Below are positions 1-8,864 of a stretch of 24,000 bases of DNA, piece after piece (the first letter of the stretch is position 1; the number at the start of each line of letters is the position of its first letter). The translations under genes and the position numbers were made by a program. The stretch comes from Sporanaerobacter acetigenes DSM 13106 (GTDB taxonomy: Bacteria > Bacillota > Clostridia > Tissierellales > Sporanaerobacteraceae): NCBI RefSeq assembly GCF_900130025.1, contig NZ_FQXR01000020.1:12331-36330 (forward strand), in the 5' to 3' direction. Below the pieces are notes generated by a model that saw only the letters and a list, made by a program, of their open reading frames with translations, was not told where the DNA came from and did not search any database.

Positions 1-182
1 TAGTTGATGCGTTGCCAAATGCTATATTTAAAGTAAAACTAGAAAATGGGCATGAAATACTTGCACATATATCTGGTAAACTAAGGATGAATTATATAAA
101 AATACTTCCAGGTGATAAAGTGACTGTTGAGTTATCACCTTATGATTTGACAAGAGGCAGGATTACATGGAGAAACAAGTAG
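1..182 (+). CDS. infA: translation initiation factor IF-1, C-terminal part (5' end outside window)
   Basis: Frame 3 is open from the window edge to TAG 180-182. Translation is [59 protein letters not shown], typical IF-1. It lies directly upstream of rpmJ-rpsM. Confidence 0.93.
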   Translation, partial: VDALPNAIFKVKLENGHEILAHISGKLRMNYIKILPGDKVTVELSPYDLTRGRITWRNK

Positions 183-198
183 TATAGGAGGGATTAGA

Positions 199-312
199 AT
201 GAAAGTAAGGCCATCAGTTAAGAAGATGTGTGAAAAGTGTAAGATCATAAGAAGAAATGGCAAAGTAATGGTTATTTGTGAAAATCCTAAGCATAAACAA
301 AGACAAGGTTAA
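199..312 (+). CDS. rpmJ: 50S ribosomal protein L36 (Cys-containing, zinc-type)
   Basis: ATG 199 is preceded by AGGAGGG. The 37-aa product [37 protein letters not shown] ends at TAA 310-312. It is below the ORF-track size cut-off. Confidence 0.95.
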   Translation: MKVRPSVKKMCEKCKIIRRNGKVMVICENPKHKQRQG

Positions 313-393
313 TTTATTAATTGTATAGATATTTTAACGCGGCTGCTTTTTATAAATTTATATGAGTTTAATATTTAGGAGGTGTAAAGATTA

Positions 394-756
394 ATGGCTA
401 GAATTGCCGGTGTTGACTTACCAAGAGATAAAAGAGTGGAAATTGGTTTAACTTATATATACGGTATAGGCAGATCAAGATCAAATGAAATACTCAAAAA
501 AGCAAATATCAATCCAGATACAAAAGTAAAAGATTTAACTGAATCAGAAATTGCTGCATTAAGAGAAATTGTTGATAACTATCATGTTGAAGGTGATTTA
601 AGAAGAGAAACAGCAATGAATATCAAGAGACTTAAAGAAATCAATTGCTATAGAGGAATGAGACATAAAAAAGGCCTACCAGTAAGAGGACAAAGAACAA
701 AAACTAATGCAAGAACAAGAAAAGGCCCTAAGAAGTTAGCAGGAAAGAAAAAATAG
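394..756 (+). CDS. rpsM: 30S ribosomal protein S13
   Basis: [26 protein letters not shown] is the canonical S13 N-terminus. AGGAGG RBS present; conserved operon position. Confidence 0.98.
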   Translation: MARIAGVDLPRDKRVEIGLTYIYGIGRSRSNEILKKANINPDTKVKDLTESEIAALREIVDNYHVEGDLRRETAMNIKRLKEINCYRGMRHKKGLPVRGQRTKTNARTRKGPKKLAGKKK

Positions 757-781
757 GAAGTTGAGAAGGAGGGATTTATAA

Positions 782-1180
782 GTGGCAGCAAAAAAAGGTG
801 TAAAAACTCGTGTTAAGAGAAGAGAACGTAAAAATATTGAAAGAGGTCAAGCTCATATTCAATCAACTTTTAATAATACAATAGTTACATTGACTGATGC
901 TCAAGGCAATGTGCTTTCTTGGGCTAGTGCTGGGCAGTTGGGATTTAGAGGTTCAAGAAAATCTACTCCTTTTGCAGCACAATCAGCAGCAGAAGAAGCT
1001 GCAAAAAAGGCAATGGAACATGGTCTTAAAACTGTTGAGGTATATGTAAAAGGACCTGGTGCAGGGAGAGAAGCTGCAATCAGATCACTTCAAGCAGCAG
1101 GATTGGAAGTAAGTCTAATAAAGGACGTTACCCCAATACCACACAATGGTTGTAGACCACCAAAACGTAGAAGAGTTTAA
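782..1180 (+). CDS. rpsK: 30S ribosomal protein S11
   Basis: GTG start after GGAGGG. Contains the S11 sequence [16 protein letters not shown]...[14 protein letters not shown]. Confidence 0.98.
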   Translation: MAAKKGVKTRVKRRERKNIERGQAHIQSTFNNTIVTLTDAQGNVLSWASAGQLGFRGSRKSTPFAAQSAAEEAAKKAMEHGLKTVEVYVKGPGAGREAAIRSLQAAGLEVSLIKDVTPIPHNGCRPPKRRRV

Positions 1181-1203
1181 TCAATAGGAGGTGTATATAG
1201 GAA

Positions 1204-1827
1204 ATGGCAAGATATACTGGACCAGATTGTAGATTATGTCGTAGAGAAGGACAAAAGTTATATTTAAAGGGAGATAAATGTTTTACAGATAAATGTCCAG
1301 TTTCAAAGAGAAACTATGCTCCAGGGCAACATGGACAATCAAGAAAGAAACTTACTGAATATGGATTACAGTTAAGAGAAAAGCAAAAAGTTCGTAGATA
1401 TTATGGTATTCAAGAATCACAAATGCTTAAATACTTTAATATGGCTGATAAAATGAAGGGTATCACAGGTGAAAATCTTCTAAAGATATTAGAATCAAGA
1501 CTAGATAATGTAGTTTATAGAATGGGATTTGCTGCTTCAAGGGATGAAGCAAGACAACTTGTTACTCATGGCCACTTTATAGTAAATGGTAAGAAAGTTG
1601 ATATACCTTCAATGCTTATAAAAGTTGGAGATGAAATCGAAGTAAAAGCTAAAAGCAAAAACAGTCCTAGATTTAAAGAATTAGTTGAAAATCATAGAGG
1701 AACAACAGTTAAGTGGGTTGATGTTAATCCAGAAGATTTAAAGGGTAAAGTTGTAGCTGAACCATCAAGAGAAGATATTGATTTACCAATAGAAGAACAC
1801 TTAATAGTTGAGTTATATTCTAAATAA
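1204..1827 (+). CDS. rpsD: 30S ribosomal protein S4 (with N-terminal Cys cluster)
   Basis: [16 protein letters not shown]...GQHG and a C-terminal S4 RNA-binding domain. AGGAGG RBS present. Confidence 0.98.
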   Translation: MARYTGPDCRLCRREGQKLYLKGDKCFTDKCPVSKRNYAPGQHGQSRKKLTEYGLQLREKQKVRRYYGIQESQMLKYFNMADKMKGITGENLLKILESRLDNVVYRMGFAASRDEARQLVTHGHFIVNGKKVDIPSMLIKVGDEIEVKAKSKNSPRFKELVENHRGTTVKWVDVNPEDLKGKVVAEPSREDIDLPIEEHLIVELYSK

Positions 1828-1898
1828 TAGTTTATTATATAGAATCAGTTGCCCTCAAAGTATAAAAATATATTTAATTATAAGGAGGGTTATGGTTA

Positions 1899-2846
1899 AT
1901 GCTTGAGATTGAGAAACCTAAAATTGAGATAGTTGAAATGAATAAAGAAGAGACTTATGGGAAATTTGTGTTGGAGCCTCTAGAGAGAGGTTATGGAACC
2001 ACATTGGGCAACTCTCTTAGAAGGGTACTACTTTCTTCGTTGCCTGGAGCTGCTGTATCTTCTATTAAGGTACAAGGCGTTCTTCATGAATTTAATACTA
2101 TTGAAGGTGTATTTGAAGATGTACCTGAAATAATTTTAAACATAAAGAATATAGCAGCTAAGATGTATTCAGATGAACCGGTAATGCTTAAAATAGAAGT
2201 GGAAGGGCCTTGTGAAGTTACAGCGGGAGATATCATCACTGGTCCTGATGTAGAAATAATAAACAAAGATCTTCATATTGCTACTGTAAATAGTGATGGG
2301 AAACTTTATATGGAACTAGAAATGGTAAGAGGGAGAGGGTATGTAGTATCTGAGAGAAATAAAAAAGAAGGTCAATCTATAGGAGTTATTCCTGTAGACT
2401 CCATATTCACTCCTGTGCAAAAGGTTAATTTTGCAGTAGAAAATACAAGGGTAGGACAAATAACAGATTATGATAAATTGATACTTGAAGTTTGGACAAA
2501 TGGAACTATGAAACCAGATGAAGCAACATCTCTTGGCGCCAAAATATTGACTGAACATCTAAACTTGTTTATAGGACTTACTGAACATGTAAATGACGTC
2601 GAAATAATGGTTGAAAAAGAAGAAGATAAAAAAGAGAAGGTATTAGAGATGACTGTTGAAGAATTAGACCTATCTGTAAGAAGCTATAACTGTTTGAAGA
2701 GAGCAGGTATAAACACAGTAGAAGAGCTTACTCAAAAGACTGAAGAAGACATGATGAAGGTTAGAAATCTAGGCAAGAAGTCCCTTGAAGAAGTTCAGAA
2801 AAAATTGGATGAACTAGGATTAAGTCTTAAGAAAAACGATGAGTAA
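1899..2846 (+). CDS. rpoA: DNA-directed RNA polymerase alpha subunit
   Basis: [32 protein letters not shown]-terminal domain and the C-terminal domain motif [14 protein letters not shown]. Confidence 0.98.
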   Translation: MLEIEKPKIEIVEMNKEETYGKFVLEPLERGYGTTLGNSLRRVLLSSLPGAAVSSIKVQGVLHEFNTIEGVFEDVPEIILNIKNIAAKMYSDEPVMLKIEVEGPCEVTAGDIITGPDVEIINKDLHIATVNSDGKLYMELEMVRGRGYVVSERNKKEGQSIGVIPVDSIFTPVQKVNFAVENTRVGQITDYDKLILEVWTNGTMKPDEATSLGAKILTEHLNLFIGLTEHVNDVEIMVEKEEDKKEKVLEMTVEELDLSVRSYNCLKRAGINTVEELTQKTEEDMMKVRNLGKKSLEEVQKKLDELGLSLKKNDE

Positions 2847-2870
2847 CAAGGAATGAAGGAGGGATAATAC

Positions 2871-3212
2871 ATGGCTCAATTAAGAAAACTTGGTCGCCCT
2901 ACTGATCATAGAAAAGCAATGTTAAGAAATCAAGTAACTAACTTATTTGAATATGGTAGGATTGAAACTACTTATACTAGAGCAAAAGAAACTCAGAGAA
3001 TGGCTGATAAGATGATTACTCTTGCAAAGAGAGGCGATTTGCACGCAAGAAGACAAGTATTGGCTTATATATATGATGAAGATGTAGTGAAAAAGTTATT
3101 TGACGAAATTGCACCAAACTACTCCGAAAGAAACGGTGGATATACTAGAGTATTAAAAATGGGTCCACGTAGAGGAGACGGTGCGGAAATGGCAATAATA
3201 GAATTGGTTTAG
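2871..3212 (+). CDS. rplQ: 50S ribosomal protein L17
   Basis: [28 protein letters not shown] is canonical L17. It is the last gene of the alpha operon. Confidence 0.98.
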   Translation: MAQLRKLGRPTDHRKAMLRNQVTNLFEYGRIETTYTRAKETQRMADKMITLAKRGDLHARRQVLAYIYDEDVVKKLFDEIAPNYSERNGGYTRVLKMGPRRGDGAEMAIIELV

Positions 3213-3219
3213 AAGGTGG

Positions 3220-3248
3220 GGGATTAAGTTTTATACTTAGTCCCTTTT
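3220..3248 (+). terminator. rho-independent terminator after rplQ
   Basis: GGGATTAAGT (3220-3229) pairs with ACTTAGTCCC (3235-3244): 10 bp including one G.U, 5-nt loop, then TTTT. Confidence 0.7.
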
Positions 3249-3274
3249 AACTTATTTAAAAATTATTAATACAA

Positions 3275-3303
3275 TTGATTCTTAAATACCCTTATGTTAT
3301 CAT
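3275..3303 (+). promoter_or_regulatory. sigma-A type promoter for the ecfA1-ecfA2-ecfT-truA unit
   Basis: TTGATT (3275-3280), 17-nt spacer, TATCAT (3298-3303), with TG at 3295-3296 (extended -10 spacing). It lies 37 nt upstream of the ecfA1 ATG. Confidence 0.5.
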
Positions 3304-3339
3304 TAATTAGTGGAAATATATTAAAAATGAGGGGTAATT

Positions 3340-4167
3340 ATGTCAGATACAATGATAAAATTAGAGAACGTGACGTATGAATATAAATCAAATGAAGAAG
3401 AATTTATGGCCCTTAAGGGTATCAATTTAGAGATAAAAAAGGGAGAATTTTTAGTAGTACTTGGTCATAATGGTTCTGGCAAATCTACATTAGCTAAACT
3501 TATAAATGCACTTTTATTGCCAACAAATGGAAAGGTTTATGTAAATGGTATGGATACTACTGATGAAGAAAAAATCTGGGATATAAGACATACTGCAGGA
3601 ATGGTATTTCAAAATCCAGATAATCAAATTGTTGCTACTATTGTAGAAGAAGACGTGGCTTTTGGTCCAGAAAATCAGGGAGTTGAACCAAAAGAAATAA
3701 GAGAAAGAATAGATAAGGCTCTCGAAATTGTTGAAATGACCAGGTATAAAAAACATGCCCCTCACTTACTTTCCGGAGGACAAAAACAACGTATAGCAAT
3801 AGCTGGAGTACTTGCTATGAATCCAGAGTGCATAATATTAGATGAACCCACTGCTATGCTTGATCCAACTGGAAGAAGTGAAGTGATGGAAACAGTTAGA
3901 AAATTAAATAAGGAACAAAAGAAAACTATAGTGCATATAACTCACTATATGGAAGAAGCTGTTGAAGCAGATAGAATAATAGTTATGGAAGAAGGGCAAA
4001 TTGTCATGGAAGGAACTCCAAGACAAGTTTTTAGTCAAGTTGATAAGATGAAAGAATTAGGTCTTGATGTACCTCAAGTGACAGAACTTGCTCATGAACT
4101 AAGAAAAGAAGGAATAGATGTCCCAGAGGATATCTTGACTGTGGAAGAACTGGTGAGGGCTTTATGA
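3340..4167 (+). CDS. ecfA1: energy-coupling factor (ECF) transporter ATPase EcfA1
   Basis: Walker [10 protein letters not shown], signature LSGGQKQR and Walker B IILDEPT. First of two tandem ABC ATPases followed by ecfT, downstream of rplQ. Confidence 0.93.
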   Translation: MSDTMIKLENVTYEYKSNEEEFMALKGINLEIKKGEFLVVLGHNGSGKSTLAKLINALLLPTNGKVYVNGMDTTDEEKIWDIRHTAGMVFQNPDNQIVATIVEEDVAFGPENQGVEPKEIRERIDKALEIVEMTRYKKHAPHLLSGGQKQRIAIAGVLAMNPECIILDEPTAMLDPTGRSEVMETVRKLNKEQKKTIVHITHYMEEAVEADRIIVMEEGQIVMEGTPRQVFSQVDKMKELGLDVPQVTELAHELRKEGIDVPEDILTVEELVRAL

Positions 4168-5027
4168 TGATAAAAATTAAAAATTTAAACTTTATATATA
4201 ATCCAAATAGTCCCTTTGAAACCAAAGCTTTAAACAATGTGAATTTGGAAATAAATGAAGGTGATTTTATTGGACTTTTAGGGCATACTGGTTCTGGAAA
4301 ATCTACTCTTATACAGCATTTAAATGGACTTATAAAGCCTACAAGTGGAAGTATAATAGTTGATGGCGTGGATATAACTGAAAAAGGTGCTGATTTGAAA
4401 TCCATACGACAGAAAGTAGGACTGGTATTTCAGTATCCTGAATATCAGCTTTTTGAAGAGACTGTCTATAAAGATATTGCATTTGGACCTAAGAATTTAG
4501 GATTAGATGATAGTGAAATAGATTCTAGAGTGAGAAGAGCTATGGAGCTTGTGGGACTAGATTTTGAAAGTTTAAAAGATAGATCACCCTTTGAATTGAG
4601 TGGAGGTCAAAAAAGAAGAGTAGCTATTGCAGGAGTACTTGCTATGGAACCTAAAGTTCTTATACTAGATGAACCTACAGCAGGTCTTGATCCTAGAGGA
4701 AGAGATGAAATATTAGGTGAAATAAAAAGTTTATACAATAAAGGAAATATAACCATTATATTAGTTTCTCATAGCATGGAAGATGTAGCCAGATTGGTAA
4801 ATAAAATTGTGGTTATGCATAAAGGAGAAGTAGCTATGGAAGGAACTCCAAGAGAAATTTTCAGAAGAGCAGAAGAATTAGAGTCTATGGGCCTTGGAAT
4901 TCCACAAGTGACCTATTTTATGAGGAAATACAAAGAAAGTGGGAACGATGTATCAAGTGATGTTCTTACTATTGATGAGGCCAAAGAAGAATTATTAAGA
5001 TACTTAAGGAGAAATGGCAATGATTAA
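4164..5027 (+). CDS. ecfA2: ECF transporter ATPase EcfA2
   Basis: [17 protein letters not shown] and LILDEPT motifs. 4-nt ATGA overlap with ecfA1. Confidence 0.93.
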   Translation: MMIKIKNLNFIYNPNSPFETKALNNVNLEINEGDFIGLLGHTGSGKSTLIQHLNGLIKPTSGSIIVDGVDITEKGADLKSIRQKVGLVFQYPEYQLFEETVYKDIAFGPKNLGLDDSEIDSRVRRAMELVGLDFESLKDRSPFELSGGQKRRVAIAGVLAMEPKVLILDEPTAGLDPRGRDEILGEIKSLYNKGNITIILVSHSMEDVARLVNKIVVMHKGEVAMEGTPREIFRRAEELESMGLGIPQVTYFMRKYKESGNDVSSDVLTIDEAKEELLRYLRRNGND

Positions 5028-5817
5028 GGATATAACTATAGGACAATATTTTCCGGGAGAAACAGTTATTCACAAGTTGGATCCAAGGGTCAAAATACTA
5101 GTATCTTTTGCATTCATAATATCTCTATTTTTCATAAATAAGTTTTATCCCTATATATTAATCCTAGCATATATATTAACAGTGACAAAATTGTCCAGGG
5201 TGCCAATTAAATATGTTTTAAAAGGTTTAAAACCTTTAACTTTTATAATACTTATTACCTTTTTTATAAATTTATTTATGACAAAGGGTGTAGTATTATT
5301 TGAAATTGGTCCATTGGTTATTACAGAAGAAGGATTATATCAATCAGTATTTATGGCCTTGAGACTAATATTTCTTATAATGGGTACATCACTACTTACT
5401 TTGACTACATCACCTATTTCGCTGACAGATGGTATAGAAAAAATCCTTTCACCTTTAAAAGCAATAGGATTACCAGCCCATGAATTAGCTATGATGATGA
5501 CTATAGCTCTTAGATTCATTCCAACTCTATTGGAAGAAACAGATAAAATCATGAAAGCTCAAATGGCAAGAGGTGCTGACTTTGAAAGTGGGAATATAAT
5601 GAGTAGAGCAAAAAATTTAGTGCCGCTTTTGGTACCATTATTTATAAATGCTTTTAGACGAGCAGATGAACTAGCTATGGCTATGGAAGCAAGATGCTAT
5701 AGAGGTGGAGAACATAGAACTAGACTCAATGAGATAAAAATGGAAAGGAAAGATTATATAGCTATCATAATCATGACTATATTTTTTGGCGTATTGATAC
5801 TTACTAGGTACATTTAA
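5014..5817 (+). CDS. ecfT: ECF transporter transmembrane T component
   Basis: Polytopic membrane protein with the EcfT/CbiQ coupling-helix region [11 protein letters not shown]...[10 protein letters not shown]. It overlaps the ecfA2 end. Confidence 0.92.
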   Translation: MAMIKDITIGQYFPGETVIHKLDPRVKILVSFAFIISLFFINKFYPYILILAYILTVTKLSRVPIKYVLKGLKPLTFIILITFFINLFMTKGVVLFEIGPLVITEEGLYQSVFMALRLIFLIMGTSLLTLTTSPISLTDGIEKILSPLKAIGLPAHELAMMMTIALRFIPTLLEETDKIMKAQMARGADFESGNIMSRAKNLVPLLVPLFINAFRRADELAMAMEARCYRGGEHRTRLNEIKMERKDYIAIIIMTIFFGVLILTRYI

Positions 5818-5828
5818 GAGGGATTTAG

Positions 5829-6563
5829 ATGAAAAATATAAAATTGACTATTGAATATGATGGAACTAATTATTTTGGCTGGCAAGTTCAACCAGAAGTG
5901 TCCAGTGTTCAAGGAGAAATAAAGAAAGCTATAAAAATATTAACTAATGAAGATATTGATCTAACAGGTGCAGGAAGAACGGATAGAAAAGTTCATGCAA
6001 GAGGACAAGTGGCGAATTTTATGACTAATTCTAGTATTCCTGCAGAAAAATTTTCTTATGCTATAAATAAATATTTGCCACAAGACATATCTATTGTTAA
6101 ATCAGAAGAAGTAGATATAAATTTTCATTCTAGATATGATGCTATAGGAAAAGAATATAGATATTTAATATATAATACTCATATTAGAAGCTCTTTATTG
6201 AGAAACTATACATATCATGTTCCATATAATTTAGATTTTAAAAAAATGGATATAGCTAAAGATTTTTTTCTGGGGACTCATGATTTCAGTGCTTTTATGT
6301 CTACAGGAAGTAGCATAGAGAATACTGTGAGAACAATTTATGCTGTATCTTTATGTCAAAAGAATAATATAATATGCTTTGAAGTACAAGGGAATGGTTT
6401 TTTATATAATATGGTGCGAATCATGGTGGGGACTTTAATTGATGTCGGGAGTGGAAAAATAAGACCAGAAAGTATTCCAATTATATTAGAATCTAAAGAT
6501 AGAAAAAAAGCAGGACACACCGCTAAACCTCAAGGGTTGTACTTAGAAAAAGTTTATTATTGA
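5829..6563 (+). CDS. truA: tRNA pseudouridine(38-40) synthase
   Basis: IEYDGTNYFGWQVQP...GAGRTDRKVHARGQVANF contains the catalytic Asp motif of TruA. Conserved position after ecfT. Confidence 0.96.
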   Translation: MKNIKLTIEYDGTNYFGWQVQPEVSSVQGEIKKAIKILTNEDIDLTGAGRTDRKVHARGQVANFMTNSSIPAEKFSYAINKYLPQDISIVKSEEVDINFHSRYDAIGKEYRYLIYNTHIRSSLLRNYTYHVPYNLDFKKMDIAKDFFLGTHDFSAFMSTGSSIENTVRTIYAVSLCQKNNIICFEVQGNGFLYNMVRIMVGTLIDVGSGKIRPESIPIILESKDRKKAGHTAKPQGLYLEKVYY

Positions 6564-6578
6564 AATGAAATATACTTC

Positions 6579-6607
6579 TTGACACACCTGGTTCATTGTA
6601 TTACAAT
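6579..6607 (+). promoter_or_regulatory. sigma-A type promoter for rplM-rpsI
   Basis: TTGACA (6579-6584), 17-nt spacer, TACAAT (6602-6607). Confidence 0.6.
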
Positions 6608-6694
6608 ATATAAGAGTGTTTGAATGAAAAATCCACTAGCCCCGGATTTTAGCATATAAACTACTTTACAACTCTGTAGTAAGGAGGGAAATAG
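6608..6694 (+). promoter_or_regulatory. structured 5' leader of rplM (possible L13 autoregulatory leader)
   Basis: About 87 nt of untranslated leader. Outer pairing AGAGT (6613-6617)/ACTCT (6671-6675). Inner hairpin AAAATCC (6628-6634)/GGATTTT (6644-6650). Family identity not verified. Confidence 0.3.
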
Positions 6695-7123
6695 ATGAAA
6701 AGCTACATGGCAAAACCAAATGAAGTTGAAAGAAAATGGTATGTAATAGATGCAGAAGGAAAAGTTCTAGGTAGACTTGCAAGTGAAGTTGCAAAGATCT
6801 TAAGCGGAAAAAACAAACCTATTTATACTCCTCATGTGGATACTGGCGATTTCGTTATAATTATAAATGCAGATAAAGTTGTTTTGACTGGAAAGAAATT
6901 AGAACAAAAGAGCTATAAATATCATACTGGACATCCAGGAGGACTTAAAGAAGTATCTTATGAGAGAATGATGAAAGAAAAACCTGAAAAGGCAATTGAA
7001 TTGGCAGTGAAAGGTATGCTTCCAAAGAATAGTTTAGGCAGAAGTATGTACAAAAAATTGAAAGTATATAGTGGACCTGAACACAATCATGAAGCTCAAA
7101 AACCAGTTGTTTATGAGTTCTAG
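6695..7123 (+). CDS. rplM: 50S ribosomal protein L13
   Basis: [42 protein letters not shown] is canonical L13. Confidence 0.98.
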   Translation: MKSYMAKPNEVERKWYVIDAEGKVLGRLASEVAKILSGKNKPIYTPHVDTGDFVIIINADKVVLTGKKLEQKSYKYHTGHPGGLKEVSYERMMKEKPEKAIELAVKGMLPKNSLGRSMYKKLKVYSGPEHNHEAQKPVVYEF

Positions 7124-7147
7124 TTTTTGAGGAAAGGAGGACTGTAA

Positions 7148-7540
7148 GTGGCAAACGTACAATATCTTGGAACAGGTAGAAGAAAAAAAGCTGTTGCTAG
7201 AGTTAGATTAATTCCTGGCTCTGGAAACATAATTATAAATAAAAGAGATATAGATGAATATTTTGAATATGATACACTAAAAGTTATCGTAAGAGAACCA
7301 TTGACATTAACTGAAACATTAGATAAATATGATGTAGTAGTAAATGTTCATGGTGGTGGATATACTGGTCAAGCAGGAGCAATTAGACATGGTATATCAA
7401 GAGCATTGCTTGAAGCTGATGGAGAATTAAGACCAGTGCTTAAAAAAGCTGGATACTTAACTAGAGACCCAAGAATGAAAGAAAGAAAGAAATATGGTCT
7501 TAAAAAAGCAAGAAGAGCACCACAATTCTCAAAGAGATAG
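7148..7540 (+). CDS. rpsI: 30S ribosomal protein S9
   Basis: GTG start after AAAGGAGG. Contains [14 protein letters not shown]...[19 protein letters not shown] and a C-terminal RRAPQFSKR. Confidence 0.98.
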   Translation: MANVQYLGTGRRKKAVARVRLIPGSGNIIINKRDIDEYFEYDTLKVIVREPLTLTETLDKYDVVVNVHGGGYTGQAGAIRHGISRALLEADGELRPVLKKAGYLTRDPRMKERKKYGLKKARRAPQFSKR

Positions 7541-7550
7541 AAATACAAAA

Positions 7551-7575
7551 ACACTGGATTTTCCAGTGTTTTTTT
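7551..7575 (+). terminator. rho-independent terminator after rpsI
   Basis: ACACTGG (7551-7557), loop ATTTT, CCAGTGT (7563-7569), followed by T6. Confidence 0.8.
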
Positions 7576-7638
7576 GTAATATGGACAAAAACCTCTTTAA
7601 TATATTATTTTATACAAATGTATTAGGGAGGTTTTTTC

Positions 7639-8364
7639 ATGAAGGTTATATATGTTAGAAAAAGGTATTTATATTTAATTGTTGTTGTTCTTATTCTTAT
7701 TATTTTTCTGGCTGTTTTCCATAAAGAAAAAGTTGCTACAACTTATTTACCTATAAATAGCAAGGTTATAGGAATAGATCCTGGTCATGGCGGGACAGAT
7801 CCAGGGGCTGTGGGAAGAAATGGTACAAGTGAAAATGAAATCAATTTGTCTATCGCACTAAAACTAAAAAGGTTTATTGAGCAGAGTGGCGGTATAGTAG
7901 TTATAACTAGAGATGATCTTAATGGCTTGTATACAGAAGATTTAGATCCGTCAAAAACTAAAAAAATTGAGGACTTAAAGAAAAGAAGAGAAATAATAGA
8001 TGAGGGAGATTGCGATATATTTTTAACAATTCATTTAAATAGTTTTCCCCAATCTAAATATTATGGAGCACAAACTTTTTATAAAGATGGATGTGAAAAG
8101 AGTAAAAAGTTAGCAGAAATTGTACAAGAGGAATTGAAAAATGTATTGGATCAAAATAATAAAAGGATGCCACAAAAAAGAGACGATGTATATTTACTTA
8201 GAGAAGTTAAAAGTCCTTCAATATTGATAGAATGTGGATTTTTATCAAATCCAGGTGAAGAAAAATTGTTAGCAGAAGAGAAATATCAAGAGAAAATAGC
8301 TTGGGCCGTATATATAGGAATAATAAGATATTTTAATGAAATAGAATTAGAAAATTCATATTGA
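7639..8364 (+). CDS. cwlD: N-acetylmuramoyl-L-alanine amidase, CwlD type (spore cortex muramic-lactam formation)
   Basis: N-terminal membrane anchor. Amidase_3 motifs GIDPGHGGTDPGAVG, E in SENEINL, and HLNS. Same position after rplM-rpsI as in Bacillus and Clostridium. Confidence 0.85.
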   Translation: MKVIYVRKRYLYLIVVVLILIIFLAVFHKEKVATTYLPINSKVIGIDPGHGGTDPGAVGRNGTSENEINLSIALKLKRFIEQSGGIVVITRDDLNGLYTEDLDPSKTKKIEDLKKRREIIDEGDCDIFLTIHLNSFPQSKYYGAQTFYKDGCEKSKKLAEIVQEELKNVLDQNNKRMPQKRDDVYLLREVKSPSILIECGFLSNPGEEKLLAEEKYQEKIAWAVYIGIIRYFNEIELENSY

Positions 8365-8512
8365 TGTGGATAAAGCTTGTGGATATATAAAAATACTGTG
8401 GATAATAAAATATTATGTAAATTACTTTTTTTTTAATATTATAAAATAGCAAAAGAATAGTTTACATAAGTTATCCACTATATAATGTGGATAATGTGGA
8501 TAATGTGGATAT
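8365..8512. promoter_or_regulatory. cluster of seven DnaA-box motifs (TTATCCACA / TGTGGATAA)
   Basis: Perfect TGTGGATAA at 8365-8373, 8397-8405, 8486-8494 and 8495-8503. TGTGGATAT at 8378-8386 and 8504-8512. Inverted TTATCCACT at 8471-8479. Confidence 0.75.
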
Positions 8513-8552
8513 AATTAAAAAAATAATTTAACAATTAAAAGTTAATTCTAGC

Positions 8553-8581
8553 TTGATAAAAAAATAACATAATTGTATACT
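8553..8581 (+). promoter_or_regulatory. sigma-A type promoter for the hydrogenase-sensor operon
   Basis: TTGATA (8553-8558), 17-nt spacer, TATACT (8576-8581). The AGGAGGGGG RBS is at 8601-8609. Confidence 0.5.
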
Positions 8582-8613
8582 TATTTTAGAAGACAATATA
8601 AGGAGGGGGTCAG

Positions 8614-8862
8614 ATGATAGTTTTAAATGTTTGCATTGGCAGTGCCTGCCATCTGAAAGGATCATACAATGTGATCAATAAGTTTCAAGATATTATCAAG
8701 GATAAGGGATTAGAAGATGAAGTAGTTGTAAAAGCAGCATTTTGTTTAGGTGAATGTACAAAGGCAGTATCAGTAAAAATTGATGATGAAGAAACTATTT
8801 ATTCAGTTAATGAAAAAACTGCAGAAGAATTTTTTAACCGCCATGTACTAGGGAGGTTGTAA
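8614..8862 (+). CDS. small thioredoxin-like [2Fe-2S] ferredoxin-domain protein (HfsA-like / NuoE-HydC-like)
   Basis: 82 aa with CIGSAC (Cx4C) and CLGEC (Cx3C) pairs, typical of thioredoxin-like 2Fe-2S proteins. First gene of the hfsABCD-like layout. Confidence 0.8.
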   Translation: MIVLNVCIGSACHLKGSYNVINKFQDIIKDKGLEDEVVVKAAFCLGECTKAVSVKIDDEETIYSVNEKTAEEFFNRHVLGRL

Positions 8863-8864
8863 AT

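Noticed and set aside
8365-8512. DnaA-box cluster plus AT-rich core as a true (second) replication origin
   Set aside because: There is no dnaA or dnaN nearby. I could not see a DnaA-trio-like trinucleotide repeat array or a GC clamp next to the boxes. The locus lies inside conserved ribosomal-operon synteny. A regulatory or titration cluster is the more conservative reading.
8486-8515. Mini-ORF ATG TGG ATA x3 (MWIMWIMWI) inside the tandem DnaA boxes
   Set aside because: It is an artefact of the repeated 9-mer, with no RBS.
8526-8548. Possible Rex (redox repressor) operator upstream of the hydrogenase operon (TTAAC-N8-GTTAA)
   Set aside because: The half-sites are in the wrong arrangement and spacing relative to the clostridial Rex consensus TTGTTAA-N4-TTAACAA. 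A short AT-rich inverted repeat like this is expected by chance.
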